From Armatimonadota bacterium (lineage in GTDB: Bacteria > Armatimonadota > HRBIN16), in the NCBI GenBank assembly GCA_963677485.1, contig OY781964.1, positions 480,001 through 544,000 of the forward strand: DNA of 64,000 nucleotides, in the 5' to 3' direction. Every line of letters starts with the position of its first letter. Within the stretch, counting starts at the first letter, position 1. The translations under genes were made by a program, and so were the position numbers. The notes under the pieces were generated by a model. That model was not told where the DNA came from, ran no database searches, and saw only the letters and a program-made list of their open reading frames with translations. This document shows, piece by piece, positions 45,336 through 54,976 of this stretch.

Positions 45336-46187
45336 ATGGATTGGATGCAGATATCAGTGGTGATCAATTCCTCCGCGCACGATGCCGTGAGTGAGTTATT
45401 CCAGCGCATGGGGTGTGCCGGTGCCTGGACGTTGGTCGACACCATCACAGCCTACCTGCCTGTGCTGCCAGAAAGCGAAGGCAAGCTGGAGCTGATCAAG
45501 AAGGAGATATCGCGCTTCACGGAGTATGGCCTCCCCTGCATGCAGCTCATCAGCGTGACGACCGTTAAAGAGGAAGAATGGGCTGAAAGCTGGAAGGAAT
45601 ACTTCAACCCGCAGCGCATAGGCAAAAACCTGGTCATCTGCCCAAGCTGGCGAGAGTTCGAGGCACAGCCAAGTGATGTGGTGATACAGATGGACCCCGG
45701 CATGGCATTTGGCACTGGACAGCACCCCACCACCCAGCTCTGCGCGGTGTGGCTGGAGGAGCTGGTGATACCCGGAACCACCGTGGTGGATGTGGGCACA
45801 GGCAGCGGGATTCTGGCCATCTGGGCTGCGAAGCTGGGTGCCGAATTGGTCTGGGCCGGTGACGTCGACGCTGTCGCTGGCGAAGTAGCCGAGGAAAATG
45901 TTCGCCTCAATGGCGTGTCCGACAAGGTGAGCGTGCATGTGGCCTCGGGCCTGTCCGATGCGCCGGACTGTGACCTGCTGGTCGCCAACATCATCGCAGA
46001 CGTGATCCTGCCGATGCTGCCGGAGTTCGCTTCGCGGGTGAAGCCCGGTGGACGCATCCTGCTGAGCGGCATCGTGGATTTCCGCGCGGACGAAATTGTG
46101 GAGGCCATGAAACAAGCAGGCTTTACGGATATCGTCGTGCGGGCAGACGGTGACTGGCGCGCCTTCACCGGTCTGAGAGGCGAATGA
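45336..46187 (+). CDS. prmA: Ribosomal protein L11 methyltransferase
   Basis: 'WAESWKEYF', 'DPGMAFGTGQHPTT', 'DVGTGSGILAI', 'LVANIIA'. Confidence 0.95.
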   Translation: MDWMQISVVINSSAHDAVSELFQRMGCAGAWTLVDTITAYLPVLPESEGKLELIKKEISRFTEYGLPCMQLISVTTVKEEEWAESWKEYFNPQRIGKNLVICPSWREFEAQPSDVVIQMDPGMAFGTGQHPTTQLCAVWLEELVIPGTTVVDVGTGSGILAIWAAKLGAELVWAGDVDAVAGEVAEENVRLNGVSDKVSVHVASGLSDAPDCDLLVANIIADVILPMLPEFASRVKPGGRILLSGIVDFRADEIVEAMKQAGFTDIVVRADGDWRAFTGLRGE

Positions 46188-46188
46188 G

Positions 46189-46911
46189 GTGCATCGCTTT
46201 TTTGTGAGTGCCTCTCAAATCGTGAATGGTCTTGGTCTGGTGATCGGCGATGACGCCCGGCAGATCCGCGCTGTGCTGAAGTTGAGCGTGGGAGAGCAGA
46301 TCATGCTGCTGGACGGCACCGGCATGGAGTATTCAGGCCCCATCGTGGAGATCGACCTGCAGCACGTGCAGATGGCGGTAGAACAGTCAGAGATAGGCAG
46401 TAGTGAGCCTGCATGTAAAATCACGCTGATGCAGGCGCTCATCAAGGCGGAAAAGATGGAGAGCGTGTTTCAAAAAGGCACGCAGTTGGGGGCCAGCCGG
46501 TTCCGGCTGTTGCAGAACTTCCGCTCCATCGTGAAACTGCACCCTGATGAGGCAGATAAAAAGCGTCCCCGCTGGGAGCGCATCCTGAAGGAAGCCGCCG
46601 AGCAGAGCCAGCGCTGCATCATCCCCTCCTTTGACGGAATCTCCACCTGGCGGCAGCTGCTGGCCGGCTGGCCGTCGCACCCCGTGCTGATGCTGCACCC
46701 CTCACCAGGCGCCACCCCGCTGGGTGCCTGGCGTACCGTAAACCCCGATGTGGAGGAGCTGACGGTAATGGTAGGCCCCGAGGGCGGTTACACCGACCAG
46801 GAGCTCAGCGAGGCCTTCGCCAAAGGCGCTGTAATTGTGACCATGGGTCCCCGTGTGCTGCGCACCGAGCTGGCTGGCCCCGCCATCCTCGCCCGGCTGT
46901 TGATCGAGTGA
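46189..46911 (+). CDS. rsmE: 16S rRNA m3U1498 methyltransferase
   Basis: 'HRFF', 'EAAEQSQR', 'VGPEGG', 'GPRVLRTELAG'; follows prmA. Confidence 0.95.
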   Translation: MHRFFVSASQIVNGLGLVIGDDARQIRAVLKLSVGEQIMLLDGTGMEYSGPIVEIDLQHVQMAVEQSEIGSSEPACKITLMQALIKAEKMESVFQKGTQLGASRFRLLQNFRSIVKLHPDEADKKRPRWERILKEAAEQSQRCIIPSFDGISTWRQLLAGWPSHPVLMLHPSPGATPLGAWRTVNPDVEELTVMVGPEGGYTDQELSEAFAKGAVIVTMGPRVLRTELAGPAILARLLIE

Positions 46912-46980
46912 TGGGTTGTGTCGGGTTTGGCCGGTGGGCTACCGACGCTTCTTTTGACGGGTTGCATTTAGGGGTGATTT

Positions 46981-47095
46981 CGTAGGGACGACCCTGGTGG
47001 TCGTCCGAAATTGGTGTGTGGTGACAATCCACATTCGCAGGTAACAGGCCAGCGTCCACGGTTGTTTTCGGACGGCCACAAGGGCCGTCCCTACG
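46981..47095. repeat. REPIN: inverted pair of GTAG-type REPs
   Basis: CGTAGGGACGACCCTGGTGGTCGTCCGAAA ... TTTCGGACGGCCACAAGGGCCGTCCCTACG. Confidence 0.8.
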
Positions 47096-47177
47096 GCCGG
47101 AGAACATAGGCCTACATCACACACCCAAATGGGGGTCGACCGTATGTACCCAATAAAACCTGGGCCAGGAGAGTCGT

Positions 47178-48971
47178 ATGCCGGAAACACGCGTTTTTGA
47201 AATCAAAAACTACGGAGCCGTAGGCGACGGTCGGCACGACGACGGTCCTGCGATCCGCCAAGCTCTGGCGGACATCGCCCGCCGAAGCCAAACCTCCGGC
47301 AAACAGACCCTCACCCTGCGATTCGAACCCAAGCATGTTTACCGCATCGGGGCCTGGGATGAGCGCTGGGAGGCACTTCCGCTCATCGAGGCACAGAACG
47401 TGGTGCTGGACGGCCGAGGCTGCGAACTGCTTGTCCACCCGAAAAACATGTGCTTCAGCATCCTGAGGTGCTCCAAGATCACACTCAGGAACTTCGTCAT
47501 CGACTACTCCCCTCTCCCGTTCAGCCAAGGCGTGGTGACCGCCATCAATCCCGACGGCAGCTTCTTCTGGCGTCTGGACGCCGGTTACCCGAAACCTCAT
47601 GACCCCGACTGGGTGGCGAAAGAGGGTCAGGGCTACGACCACGGCTGTTTTACTCAGCCCGACGGAACCTACACCCACCACTGGTGTTATGTGATGCAGG
47701 TGCTTCCTGAGAACCTGTCAGCGGGTATCTATCGAATCATCCCGCGGGCGGACATGGCGAATGTGGTGCAAACCAATGTCAAGGTTGGACAGCGGTTTTG
47801 GTTCTTCATGGACTACAACAACAAACAAGAGCACGCAGGCCGGTTCAAACAAGAACCCAACGCCAAGGGTTATCGCGTGGAAAGCGCCCCTGTGGCCAGC
47901 ATCCAACTGCGATACAGCCCAGGATGTGTGCTGGAGAACATCACGAGCTACATCTCCCCCAGAATGACCCTTCGGCACGACTTCTGCGATGAGCTCAAAA
48001 TACGCAACCTCAAGATCATGCGCCGACCAGGCACCAACCGCATCTGTGCCAGTAACTCCGACGGCATCCACGGCCGAAGCCACCGAGGCCCGCTGATAGA
48101 GAACTGCTTCTTTGAGGCTCTGGGCGATGACAGTATCAACATCAATAAATTGCCGCACCGCATCTGGGAGGTGAACAGTTCCTGCAAGCTCACACTTCTC
48201 TACACCGAAATCGTGTGGTATCCAAGCTGGCTCAGCACGGGTTTTCGTATCGCGTTCTGGGACCCTATTCAAAAGAAGATCATCGCCGAACGGCGCATCA
48301 CCAGCCACGAATGGGACGGGCTGCTGTCGCGAATCACGCTGGATGCCCCAATTGAGGGCCTGACCGCCACCGACCACACCAAGCCGACCAGTCCCACGGA
48401 GGTGTTGGCATACCTGATCCCCGAGGGCACAGCCATTATTCGAGGATGTGATTTCCGCAGCCAGCTCAAGGAGGCCTGCTTGGTGGAGGGGCCGTTGCTG
48501 ATTGAAAACAACCGCATGAGCGGTACCGCCTACGGCATCCACTGCCTGGGATACATCACCAACCTCACCTTCCGGAACAACACCATCGAGGGTGCGTGGC
48601 CATTCGCCATCGGTGTCACCGCCGTCGATGGTGACACCGAACACGCAAAAATCCGCATTGTGAACAACAAAATCACTATGAAAGCGGTCGGCTCGAATCC
48701 GATCGCACAAGCGCTTATTCTGAACAGCCAGCAAGCGGTTGAGATATCCGGCAACATAATAACCCTTGAGGCCGACACGCCCGCTCAAACCGTGCCCATC
48801 CAACTGGAGCACTGCGCCAAGGTTCGGATGAGCCGCAACCGGATTGTGGATAAGCGGTCGGCTCCGTCGCAGGCCGAGGTTGTGACCATCGGTATGAAAC
48901 CATCGCAATGTACTATGACAGACAACCGCATTCAAGCGGCTCATAATGTGACCACCCGGGAGGATCGATAA
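47178..48971 (+). CDS. Right-handed beta-helix protein, GH110 (alpha-1,3-galactosidase)-like
   Basis: 'YGAVGDGRHDDGPAIRQAL', 'IDY.PLPFSQG.V', 'SNSDGIH', 'IENCFFEALGDDSINI'. Confidence 0.65.
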   Translation: MPETRVFEIKNYGAVGDGRHDDGPAIRQALADIARRSQTSGKQTLTLRFEPKHVYRIGAWDERWEALPLIEAQNVVLDGRGCELLVHPKNMCFSILRCSKITLRNFVIDYSPLPFSQGVVTAINPDGSFFWRLDAGYPKPHDPDWVAKEGQGYDHGCFTQPDGTYTHHWCYVMQVLPENLSAGIYRIIPRADMANVVQTNVKVGQRFWFFMDYNNKQEHAGRFKQEPNAKGYRVESAPVASIQLRYSPGCVLENITSYISPRMTLRHDFCDELKIRNLKIMRRPGTNRICASNSDGIHGRSHRGPLIENCFFEALGDDSININKLPHRIWEVNSSCKLTLLYTEIVWYPSWLSTGFRIAFWDPIQKKIIAERRITSHEWDGLLSRITLDAPIEGLTATDHTKPTSPTEVLAYLIPEGTAIIRGCDFRSQLKEACLVEGPLLIENNRMSGTAYGIHCLGYITNLTFRNNTIEGAWPFAIGVTAVDGDTEHAKIRIVNNKITMKAVGSNPIAQALILNSQQAVEISGNIITLEADTPAQTVPIQLEHCAKVRMSRNRIVDKRSAPSQAEVVTIGMKPSQCTMTDNRIQAAHNVTTREDR

Positions 48972-50750
48972 ATGAAGCTTTACCTGTGTATTTTTGTTTT
49001 CATCACGCTGGTATATAGCCAGGCCATCGCTGCGGGTAAAAATCTGGCACCTAACGATCAGTTTTCAAAGAGCACCGAAGGCTGGGGTTGCTACGGGGGT
49101 CGGATTTCCTGGGCGCCGAATGATGGCCACGCAGGTACAGGCTGCGTGCTGGTGTCGAAGCGAACAGATATGGGGCATGGGCTGACTCTGAGCACCAAAG
49201 GAAAACTGACACCAGGGGTGGTCTACAAATACACCGCGTGGGTCAAGCCCAAGGCCAACCAGGCGAGTTATATCAACATCAGCTTGTACACGCATGATTC
49301 AGAGGGGCAACGCTGGGTGAACACAGGCAGCCAGATGGTGCAACCCGGACAGTGGAACGCCATCTGGGGTGATCTGCAAACTCCGGCACCGCGCGGCGAG
49401 CTGCAGGACCAGGTGGTGACGATCGGCGGCGCCTCTGTGGGTATGGAGTTCTATGTCGACGATGTGAGTATCACTCGGGCCGATGCTCATACGGAACAGG
49501 TGACCGTTGACTGCACGAAGACAATCGGCAAGGCCACGGCGCGCGGGATAGGCTTCTTGTTTGGTGTGACTGCCACCGAGCCGGATGCCTCGCTGTTTGA
49601 GGCATTGAACCCCAAGCTGGTGCGGCACCGAGCGATGACAAACGGTGGAGCTCCGTGGGGCAAAGACACAGGTTTCCCATCAGAACCCTTCATGAAGCGC
49701 ATCGCGCAGGCTGGTGCTAAGAGTCAAATTGTGTTGAGTGATGAATACTGCTGGGTCTATGGGTATCACGCCCAATGGGGATGGCCTGGCGACGCGGTTC
49801 ATGATGGTCTGCAGCCGTTTGATCTGCTGGACCGCACCATCGAGACGGTCTACCGACAAAGTGTGGAGAAGGGCTACCAGATTGAATGGGACTTGTGGAA
49901 CGAGCCCGACTACAAAGACTTCTGGGAACGCGACCTTCAGCAGTATCTGGCCACATGGAAACACGCCTACGCGAAAGTGCGCAGCCTTGACCCCAAGGCG
50001 ACCATCGTAGGGCCCAGCAACGCCTATTTCACCAAAGATGGTGTACCGGGCGTGTTCATCAAGCAGTTCCTCACCTTCTGTAAGCAAAACAACTGCCTGC
50101 CGGATGTGCTGAGCTGGCATGAGATGGACAACTTCCGCGACCTGCCCCGCCAGATCCAACTGGTGAAAGCGTTCATGAAAGCCAGCAAGATCAAGCCGAT
50201 ACCTATCGACATCAACGAGTATGTGGGCGATGACTACACCCGTCGGCCCGGCGTCTACCCATGGTTCTGGTCCGTGATGGAGACCGAGGACATCCGGTAT
50301 GCGGCCCACGCCTGCTGGAAGGATGCCGATGATAAGCTGACCATGATGGACGGCCGGCTGGACGGGCTTGTCACCGCACCGCCCTACAGACCGCTAGCCT
50401 CCTGGCAGGTGACAAAAGCTTACAGCCAGATGCAGGGTGAGCTTCTCACGGTCAAAAACGGGGATGCTGTGGGAGGGCTGGCCTGCCGCAACAGAGGCGA
50501 TATGGTGACAGTGCTGTTGGGCAACTCATCGATGAGCCCGCAACACACGGTGCTGAGTCTCAAGGGGCTGCGTCAGCAAGGCAGCGCGGTGCTGGTGATA
50601 CAGCGCATCCCCGACACAGGCTGGGTAAGTGTGCCGTTGCCGGCACGTGAGCAGAGCGATGTGATGGTGAAGAACGGTAAACTCACGCTGCCGCTGGAGC
50701 TGGCGCCTTACGAGGCGGTATCCGTGCGGGTGGTCACGCTGGGGAAGTGA
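48972..50750 (+). CDS. Secreted CBM4/9 plus GH39-like glycoside hydrolase
   Basis: Signal peptide; CBM ending 'FYVDDVSI'; 'WDLWNEPD...FW', 'IVGP', 'PDVLSWH', 'INEY'. Confidence 0.7.
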   Translation: MKLYLCIFVFITLVYSQAIAAGKNLAPNDQFSKSTEGWGCYGGRISWAPNDGHAGTGCVLVSKRTDMGHGLTLSTKGKLTPGVVYKYTAWVKPKANQASYINISLYTHDSEGQRWVNTGSQMVQPGQWNAIWGDLQTPAPRGELQDQVVTIGGASVGMEFYVDDVSITRADAHTEQVTVDCTKTIGKATARGIGFLFGVTATEPDASLFEALNPKLVRHRAMTNGGAPWGKDTGFPSEPFMKRIAQAGAKSQIVLSDEYCWVYGYHAQWGWPGDAVHDGLQPFDLLDRTIETVYRQSVEKGYQIEWDLWNEPDYKDFWERDLQQYLATWKHAYAKVRSLDPKATIVGPSNAYFTKDGVPGVFIKQFLTFCKQNNCLPDVLSWHEMDNFRDLPRQIQLVKAFMKASKIKPIPIDINEYVGDDYTRRPGVYPWFWSVMETEDIRYAAHACWKDADDKLTMMDGRLDGLVTAPPYRPLASWQVTKAYSQMQGELLTVKNGDAVGGLACRNRGDMVTVLLGNSSMSPQHTVLSLKGLRQQGSAVLVIQRIPDTGWVSVPLPAREQSDVMVKNGKLTLPLELAPYEAVSVRVVTLGK

Positions 50751-50753
50751 TGT

Positions 50754-50817
50754 ATCGGACGGATATGGCGGATCGGACCAATGGATATATCGGTCCAATC
50801 CGTCGGATCCGTCCGAT
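50754..50817. repeat. Hairpin built of short CGGA(T/C) periodic units
   Basis: ATCGGACGGAT..GGCGGATCGGACC / GGTCCAATCCGTC..ATCCGTCCGAT; a related fragment lies at ~54191-54216. Confidence 0.6.
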
Positions 50818-50859
50818 GAATTTGGGGCACGGTATGGTAGGCAAGGCAACCACAGGTTT

Positions 50860-50883
50860 GGGCACGGCGCGCCGTGCCCCTAC
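50860..50883. repeat. GTAG-type REP overlapping the proB stop codon
   Basis: GGGCACGGCGCGCCGTGCCCCTAC. Confidence 0.75.
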
Positions 50884-52049
50884 TCGGCTTGCCAGATGTC
50901 GCCGCTGACCAACACGAGGTCGTCCTTGTGGATCACTTCATCGCGCCGCTTAAATCCTAGTTTTGAGGAAATTTCAGTGGTGCGATGGCCCTTTATCAGC
51001 CGTAACTCGGATTCGCCATAGTTGGCAAAACCGCGGGCGAAAGTCTGCCCGTTCATGTCGCGCACATCAATAAGGTCGCGAGGCTGGAACCATCCGCCGC
51101 ACTCCAGAATGCCGGCAGGCAGCACGCTGCGGTGTTCATCACTGATAGCCACCCTAGCGCGGGCATCCACCACAATATACCCCTTTGCGGGAAGACCGTA
51201 AGCGATCCATCGGGCACGCTGACGTAACGGCGTCGGCTGCGGGTGGAATGTGGTGCCTAAAGGCTCCCCTGCCACGATTCTCTCGATCACATGCGGTGCG
51301 CGGCCGTGTGCGATCACCATTGGCACCCCGCTGCTCATGGAAATCTGGGCGGAGCGCAGTTTCGTGCGCATCCCGCCGGTACCTTGAGCAGTGCCTGCTC
51401 CACCGGCAATCCGCCAGAGATCGTCATCAAGCTGGGTGATATCCTTGATCATCTGGGGTGGATCGCCATCTTGGGTTTCATCATATTCCGACGGGTTACG
51501 GTCGTATAGTCCGTCGACATCGCTCAGAATAATCAGCTTTTCGGCATCCAACAAACTGGCCACCATGGCAGCCAGGGTGTCGTTATCGCCGAACCGTATC
51601 TGCTCAGTGCTGATGGTGTCATTCTCATTCAAAATGGGGATGGCCCGCATATCCAGCAGCGCCTGCAACCATTCGCGCGCCTTCAAGAAGCGGTTGCGCT
51701 CTTCAAAATCACTTCGCGTGACCAGCACCTGCCCCACTGGGATGCCGCTGCGGTTGAAGGCATGCATGTATTCCTGCATCAAAAACGGCTGTCCCAATGC
51801 CGCCAAAGCGTGCTTCAACAGCTTTTGGCCGGGTGCAGCCGCATACTTGGTTTGATGAAGGATATGCTGGCTCCAGACCTCGCGGCCGGCGGAGACAGCT
51901 CCGCTGCTGACCAGGGCGACATTACGCCCCTCGTGGTATAGCCGCGCACATTGCGCGGCTAACGAGGAGATGGAGTTACGGTCCAGCAGGCCGTCAGGCC
52001 CCGTGAGGGTGCTTGTACCCACCTTCACGACTACCAGATTGCTGCTCAT
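50880..52049 (-). CDS. proB: Glutamate 5-kinase with PUA domain
   Basis: 'VVKVGTS', 'VSSGAV', 'PILNENDT', 'FGDND.LAA', 'GTGGM.TKL'. Confidence 0.97.
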   Translation of the reverse strand: MSSNLVVVKVGTSTLTGPDGLLDRNSISSLAAQCARLYHEGRNVALVSSGAVSAGREVWSQHILHQTKYAAAPGQKLLKHALAALGQPFLMQEYMHAFNRSGIPVGQVLVTRSDFEERNRFLKAREWLQALLDMRAIPILNENDTISTEQIRFGDNDTLAAMVASLLDAEKLIILSDVDGLYDRNPSEYDETQDGDPPQMIKDITQLDDDLWRIAGGAGTAQGTGGMRTKLRSAQISMSSGVPMVIAHGRAPHVIERIVAGEPLGTTFHPQPTPLRQRARWIAYGLPAKGYIVVDARARVAISDEHRSVLPAGILECGGWFQPRDLIDVRDMNGQTFARGFANYGESELRLIKGHRTTEISSKLGFKRRDEVIHKDDLVLVSGDIWQAE

Positions 52050-53347
52050 TCCGTCTCTTCATCCTCCTTGTCGTCATCAACATAGTCGAACTCAACTTCA
52101 CCGATGCGCACCACGTCACCGTCCTGGGCACCGGCTTCCTTGATCTTGTCTAGAATACCAAATTTGCGGAACTTGCGGTGCAGGCGGCGCATCGCTTCTT
52201 CATTCTCCACGTCCGTCATCGCCACCAAGCGTTCGATGCCGATACTCACCACTTGATACACACCTGGCTCCGGCGTGGTGATTTCCCAGGCTCTGTCCTC
52301 GGTGCGCGTCGCCTTGATGGCGAATATCTCTTCATCGACTGGACGCTGCACAGGGATCTCATCCAGCATCTGCATCAGTTTGAACAGCAGAGGCCGTGTG
52401 CCCTCCCCTGACGGGGCCACGATGCGAAACACATCATACCCTCGGCTCTTCAGTTCCGTCTCCACGCGCTCGATGGTTTCGGGGTTCGCGATGTCGCACT
52501 TGTTGAGAGCAACGATCATGGGACGGTCGGCCAGGTCGGCATTGAACAGGCGCAGCTCTTCCAGTATCATTGCGAAGTCGTGAAGTGGCTCGCGGTCGGT
52601 GAACTCACTGACGTCCAGCATGTGCAGCATCACACGACAGCGCTCCACATGGCGCAGGAACTGGTGACCCAGACCCACTCCCTGACTGGCCCCTTCGATG
52701 AGCCCAGGAAGGTCCGCCATCACAAAACTGCGGCCAGGCTCCACTAGCACCACGCCCAGGTTAGGAACCAGGGTTGTGAAGGGGTAATCGGCGATCTTCG
52801 GTTTCGCGGCACTGACCGCACTGATCAGCGTGCTCTTACCCACCGAGGGGTAACCCAGCAGCCCCACATCAGCCAGAAGCTTCAACTCCAGCCGCAAAAC
52901 GCGTGACTGACCAGGTTCTCCCTTTTCGGCGAACTTCGGCGTCTGAATCAACGCGGTGGCGTAGTAAGCGTTGCCGTGGCCGCCGCGCCCGCCCTGACAG
53001 ACCCTCACGGACTGACCAGCCTCTACGATATCGGCAATCAGCTCGCCTGTGGTATTGTCATACACCTGGGTTCCGATGGGCACGCGCAGGGTGCATTCGC
53101 CACCGGTCTTCCCGTGGCGGTTGTTACCGGTGCCGGCCCCGCCATTATCTGCGTTGTAGTGCTTCTGAAACCTGAAGTCAAGAAGGGTTGTCAGGCGCTC
53201 ATCTGCGCTAATCACTACGTGACCACCATAAGCTCCGTTGCCGCCATTTGGCCCTCCGCGGGGCACGAATTTCTCTCGGCGGAACGAGACGCTTCCACTA
53301 CCGCCGTTACCGGCTGTGGCCTCAATGATTACTTGGTCGACGAACAT
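52046..53347 (-). CDS. obgE: GTPase ObgE/CgtA with C-terminal extension
   Basis: 'MFVDQ', 'FRREKFVPRGGP', 'LELKLLADVGL', 'ADYPFTTL.PNLG', 'DLPGLIEGA'. Confidence 0.97.
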   Translation of the reverse strand: MFVDQVIIEATAGNGGSGSVSFRREKFVPRGGPNGGNGAYGGHVVISADERLTTLLDFRFQKHYNADNGGAGTGNNRHGKTGGECTLRVPIGTQVYDNTTGELIADIVEAGQSVRVCQGGRGGHGNAYYATALIQTPKFAEKGEPGQSRVLRLELKLLADVGLLGYPSVGKSTLISAVSAAKPKIADYPFTTLVPNLGVVLVEPGRSFVMADLPGLIEGASQGVGLGHQFLRHVERCRVMLHMLDVSEFTDREPLHDFAMILEELRLFNADLADRPMIVALNKCDIANPETIERVETELKSRGYDVFRIVAPSGEGTRPLLFKLMQMLDEIPVQRPVDEEIFAIKATRTEDRAWEITTPEPGVYQVVSIGIERLVAMTDVENEEAMRRLHRKFRKFGILDKIKEAGAQDGDVVRIGEVEFDYVDDDKEDEETE

Positions 53348-53372
53348 CAAATCACCCCCTGGGTGCTGTGGC

Positions 53373-53411
53373 AAAAAAAGCAAAAGTGGCCCGCTATAGA
53401 AGCAGGCCACT
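53373..53411 (-). terminator. Rho-independent terminator between rpmA and obgE
   Basis: Minus strand AGTGGCCTGCT-TCTAT-AGCGGGCCACT followed by TTTGCTTTTTTT. Confidence 0.7.
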
Positions 53412-53434
53412 AAAGAGGAAAATGAAGGCGTGAG

Positions 53435-53704
53435 TTAAGCGACTTCTGGTGCTACCACCAAATCAACGTTCACCCACTTAAGGTTAGCCTTCCGAACGAA
53501 CTTCACGTAGCCATCCACCTTGGAGAAGAGGGTGTGGTCTTTGCCCATACCCACGTTAGCGCCAGGATGGAACTTCGTGCCGCGTTGTCGCACGATGATG
53601 CAGCCGGGCTTGACCAATTGGCCATCTCCCGCCTTCGTACCGAGATACTTGGGCTTGCTATCGCGTCCGTTACGGGACGAACCCATACCTTTTTTGTGTG
53701 CCAT
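53435..53704 (-). CDS. rpmA: 50S ribosomal protein L27
   Basis: '[16 protein letters not shown]', '[13 protein letters not shown]'. Confidence 0.99.
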   Translation of the reverse strand: MAHKKGMGSSRNGRDSKPKYLGTKAGDGQLVKPGCIIVRQRGTKFHPGANVGMGKDHTLFSKVDGYVKFVRKANLKWVNVDLVVAPEVA

Positions 53705-53742
53705 TACCGAAAACCTCCGCTAGCGTTGCCGTCCCCTGGGTG

Positions 53743-54054
53743 TTAGGCCTGGATGGACTGAACCTTTAGAACCGTATACTTCTGGCGATGGCCGAAGTGC
53801 TTACGATAGTTCTTTTTGGCTTTGTATTTGAACCCGTTAATTTTCGGGCCTTTGACCATGCCGACGACTTCAAAGACGACCTTTGCACCTTCAACGATGG
53901 GTGTTCCGACTTTAACATCGTCTACGCCACCAATCATCAGTACTTCATTTATCTCGAAGGTCTGGCCTGCCTCGGTTGGCAATAGTTCCACGCGGAGGAT
54001 ATTTCCCTCTTCCACTTGGTACTGCTTGCCGCCAGTTTTTACTACTGCGTACAT
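53743..54054 (-). CDS. rplU: 50S ribosomal protein L21
   Basis: 'MYAVVKTGGKQY', 'GHRQKYT'. Confidence 0.99.
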   Translation of the reverse strand: MYAVVKTGGKQYQVEEGNILRVELLPTEAGQTFEINEVLMIGGVDDVKVGTPIVEGAKVVFEVVGMVKGPKINGFKYKAKKNYRKHFGHRQKYTVLKVQSIQA

Positions 54055-54580
54055 GTATTTAAACCTCTGTCGTGACGTATTACCGCCTCAGCCTGATGAT
54101 TATACCAAAGGGCTGATGCCTCTGCCAAGGGCACAGGCGTATCGTGTTATTTTACCACAGATTTGTGTTGGCTGTTTTTACCGTTGATGCATCCGACGGA
54201 TTCGACCGATCCGACCAGTATTACGGTTATGCGTGACCCGTTGCACATCATTCACATACTATATTGTACAGTGAGTCCGTCGCTCGTTGCATAATATGGG
54301 TTGCATGACTATAATCCAAAGTGAGCAATCATCATGCATTGAGCTAAAGTAAGCCGCAACTTGGCAATCTGGCGGTGCATTATCATGGAGCAAAATGCAT
54401 CACACAGCTATGTGCATAATCTTACATGCTGCAACTACTCAGCCATCGACGGCATTCTGCTTTAGTCTATGATCTATAAGGCTGCTGTAGCTTCCGGCAC
54501 CCACGAAGTGGGTATGATTCTTATAGCGACGAGTAAGCACATGCCCGTGCTGGCACTGCAGACTACGCTGTAACTCATAC

Positions 54581-54670
54581 GGTCGTAGGGGCGTCCCTTG
54601 TGGGCGCCCATCACGTTGATCATCCGATAGTTTTGGTTTTAGGGCGCCCACAAGGGACGCCCCTACGACC
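54581..54670. repeat. REPIN with perfect 29-bp inverted arms
   Basis: GGTCGTAGGGGCGTCCCTTGTGGGCGCCC (54581-54609) and its exact reverse complement (54642-54670). Confidence 0.85.
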
Positions 54671-54721
54671 AGTAACCAACAAGTGCTAGCGCAACCAGTG
54701 GAAGGTTACCGTGAACCGTCT

Positions 54722-54841
54722 ACCCCGTAGCGGCTACCGCGAATAGGTGCGACCCACTTCGGGGTAGGAATGATGCGCCGTTTTCCAGGGGTATCGCTTC
54801 GCTCACCCCTGGCTATAAGAATCTTACCCACTTCGTGGGTG
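54722..54841. repeat. Palindromic element of the CCAGGGG..CGCTTCGCT..CCCCTGG type with flanking ACCCACTTCG motifs
   Basis: Hairpin CCAGGGGT-ATCGCTTCGCTC-ACCCCTGG; ACCCACTTCG occurs twice. Resembles repeats I recall near IS200-like Y1 transposases. Confidence 0.5.
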
Positions 54842-54976
54842 CCCGCAGGGATGCATGAAGGCGTTGCGCATATGCATAACAGACGCTTGGCTGTATATTC
54901 TGATGGCTGAGTAGTTACTACGTGCTTTATCAATTCGACAGCAGTTTTATTTACTACACAATCGAGGAGGACAACC

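Noticed and set aside
47718-48944. Long antisense ORFs (also 8032-8985, 28142-29134, 35916-36638, 45396-46168)
   Set aside because: These are shadow frames of GC-rich genes with well-supported products on the opposite strand.
53704-53743. Missing prp (ysxB) gene between rplU and rpmA
   Set aside because: L27 starts directly with MAHKKG and has no N-terminal extension, so Prp is not needed. This arrangement is ordinary.
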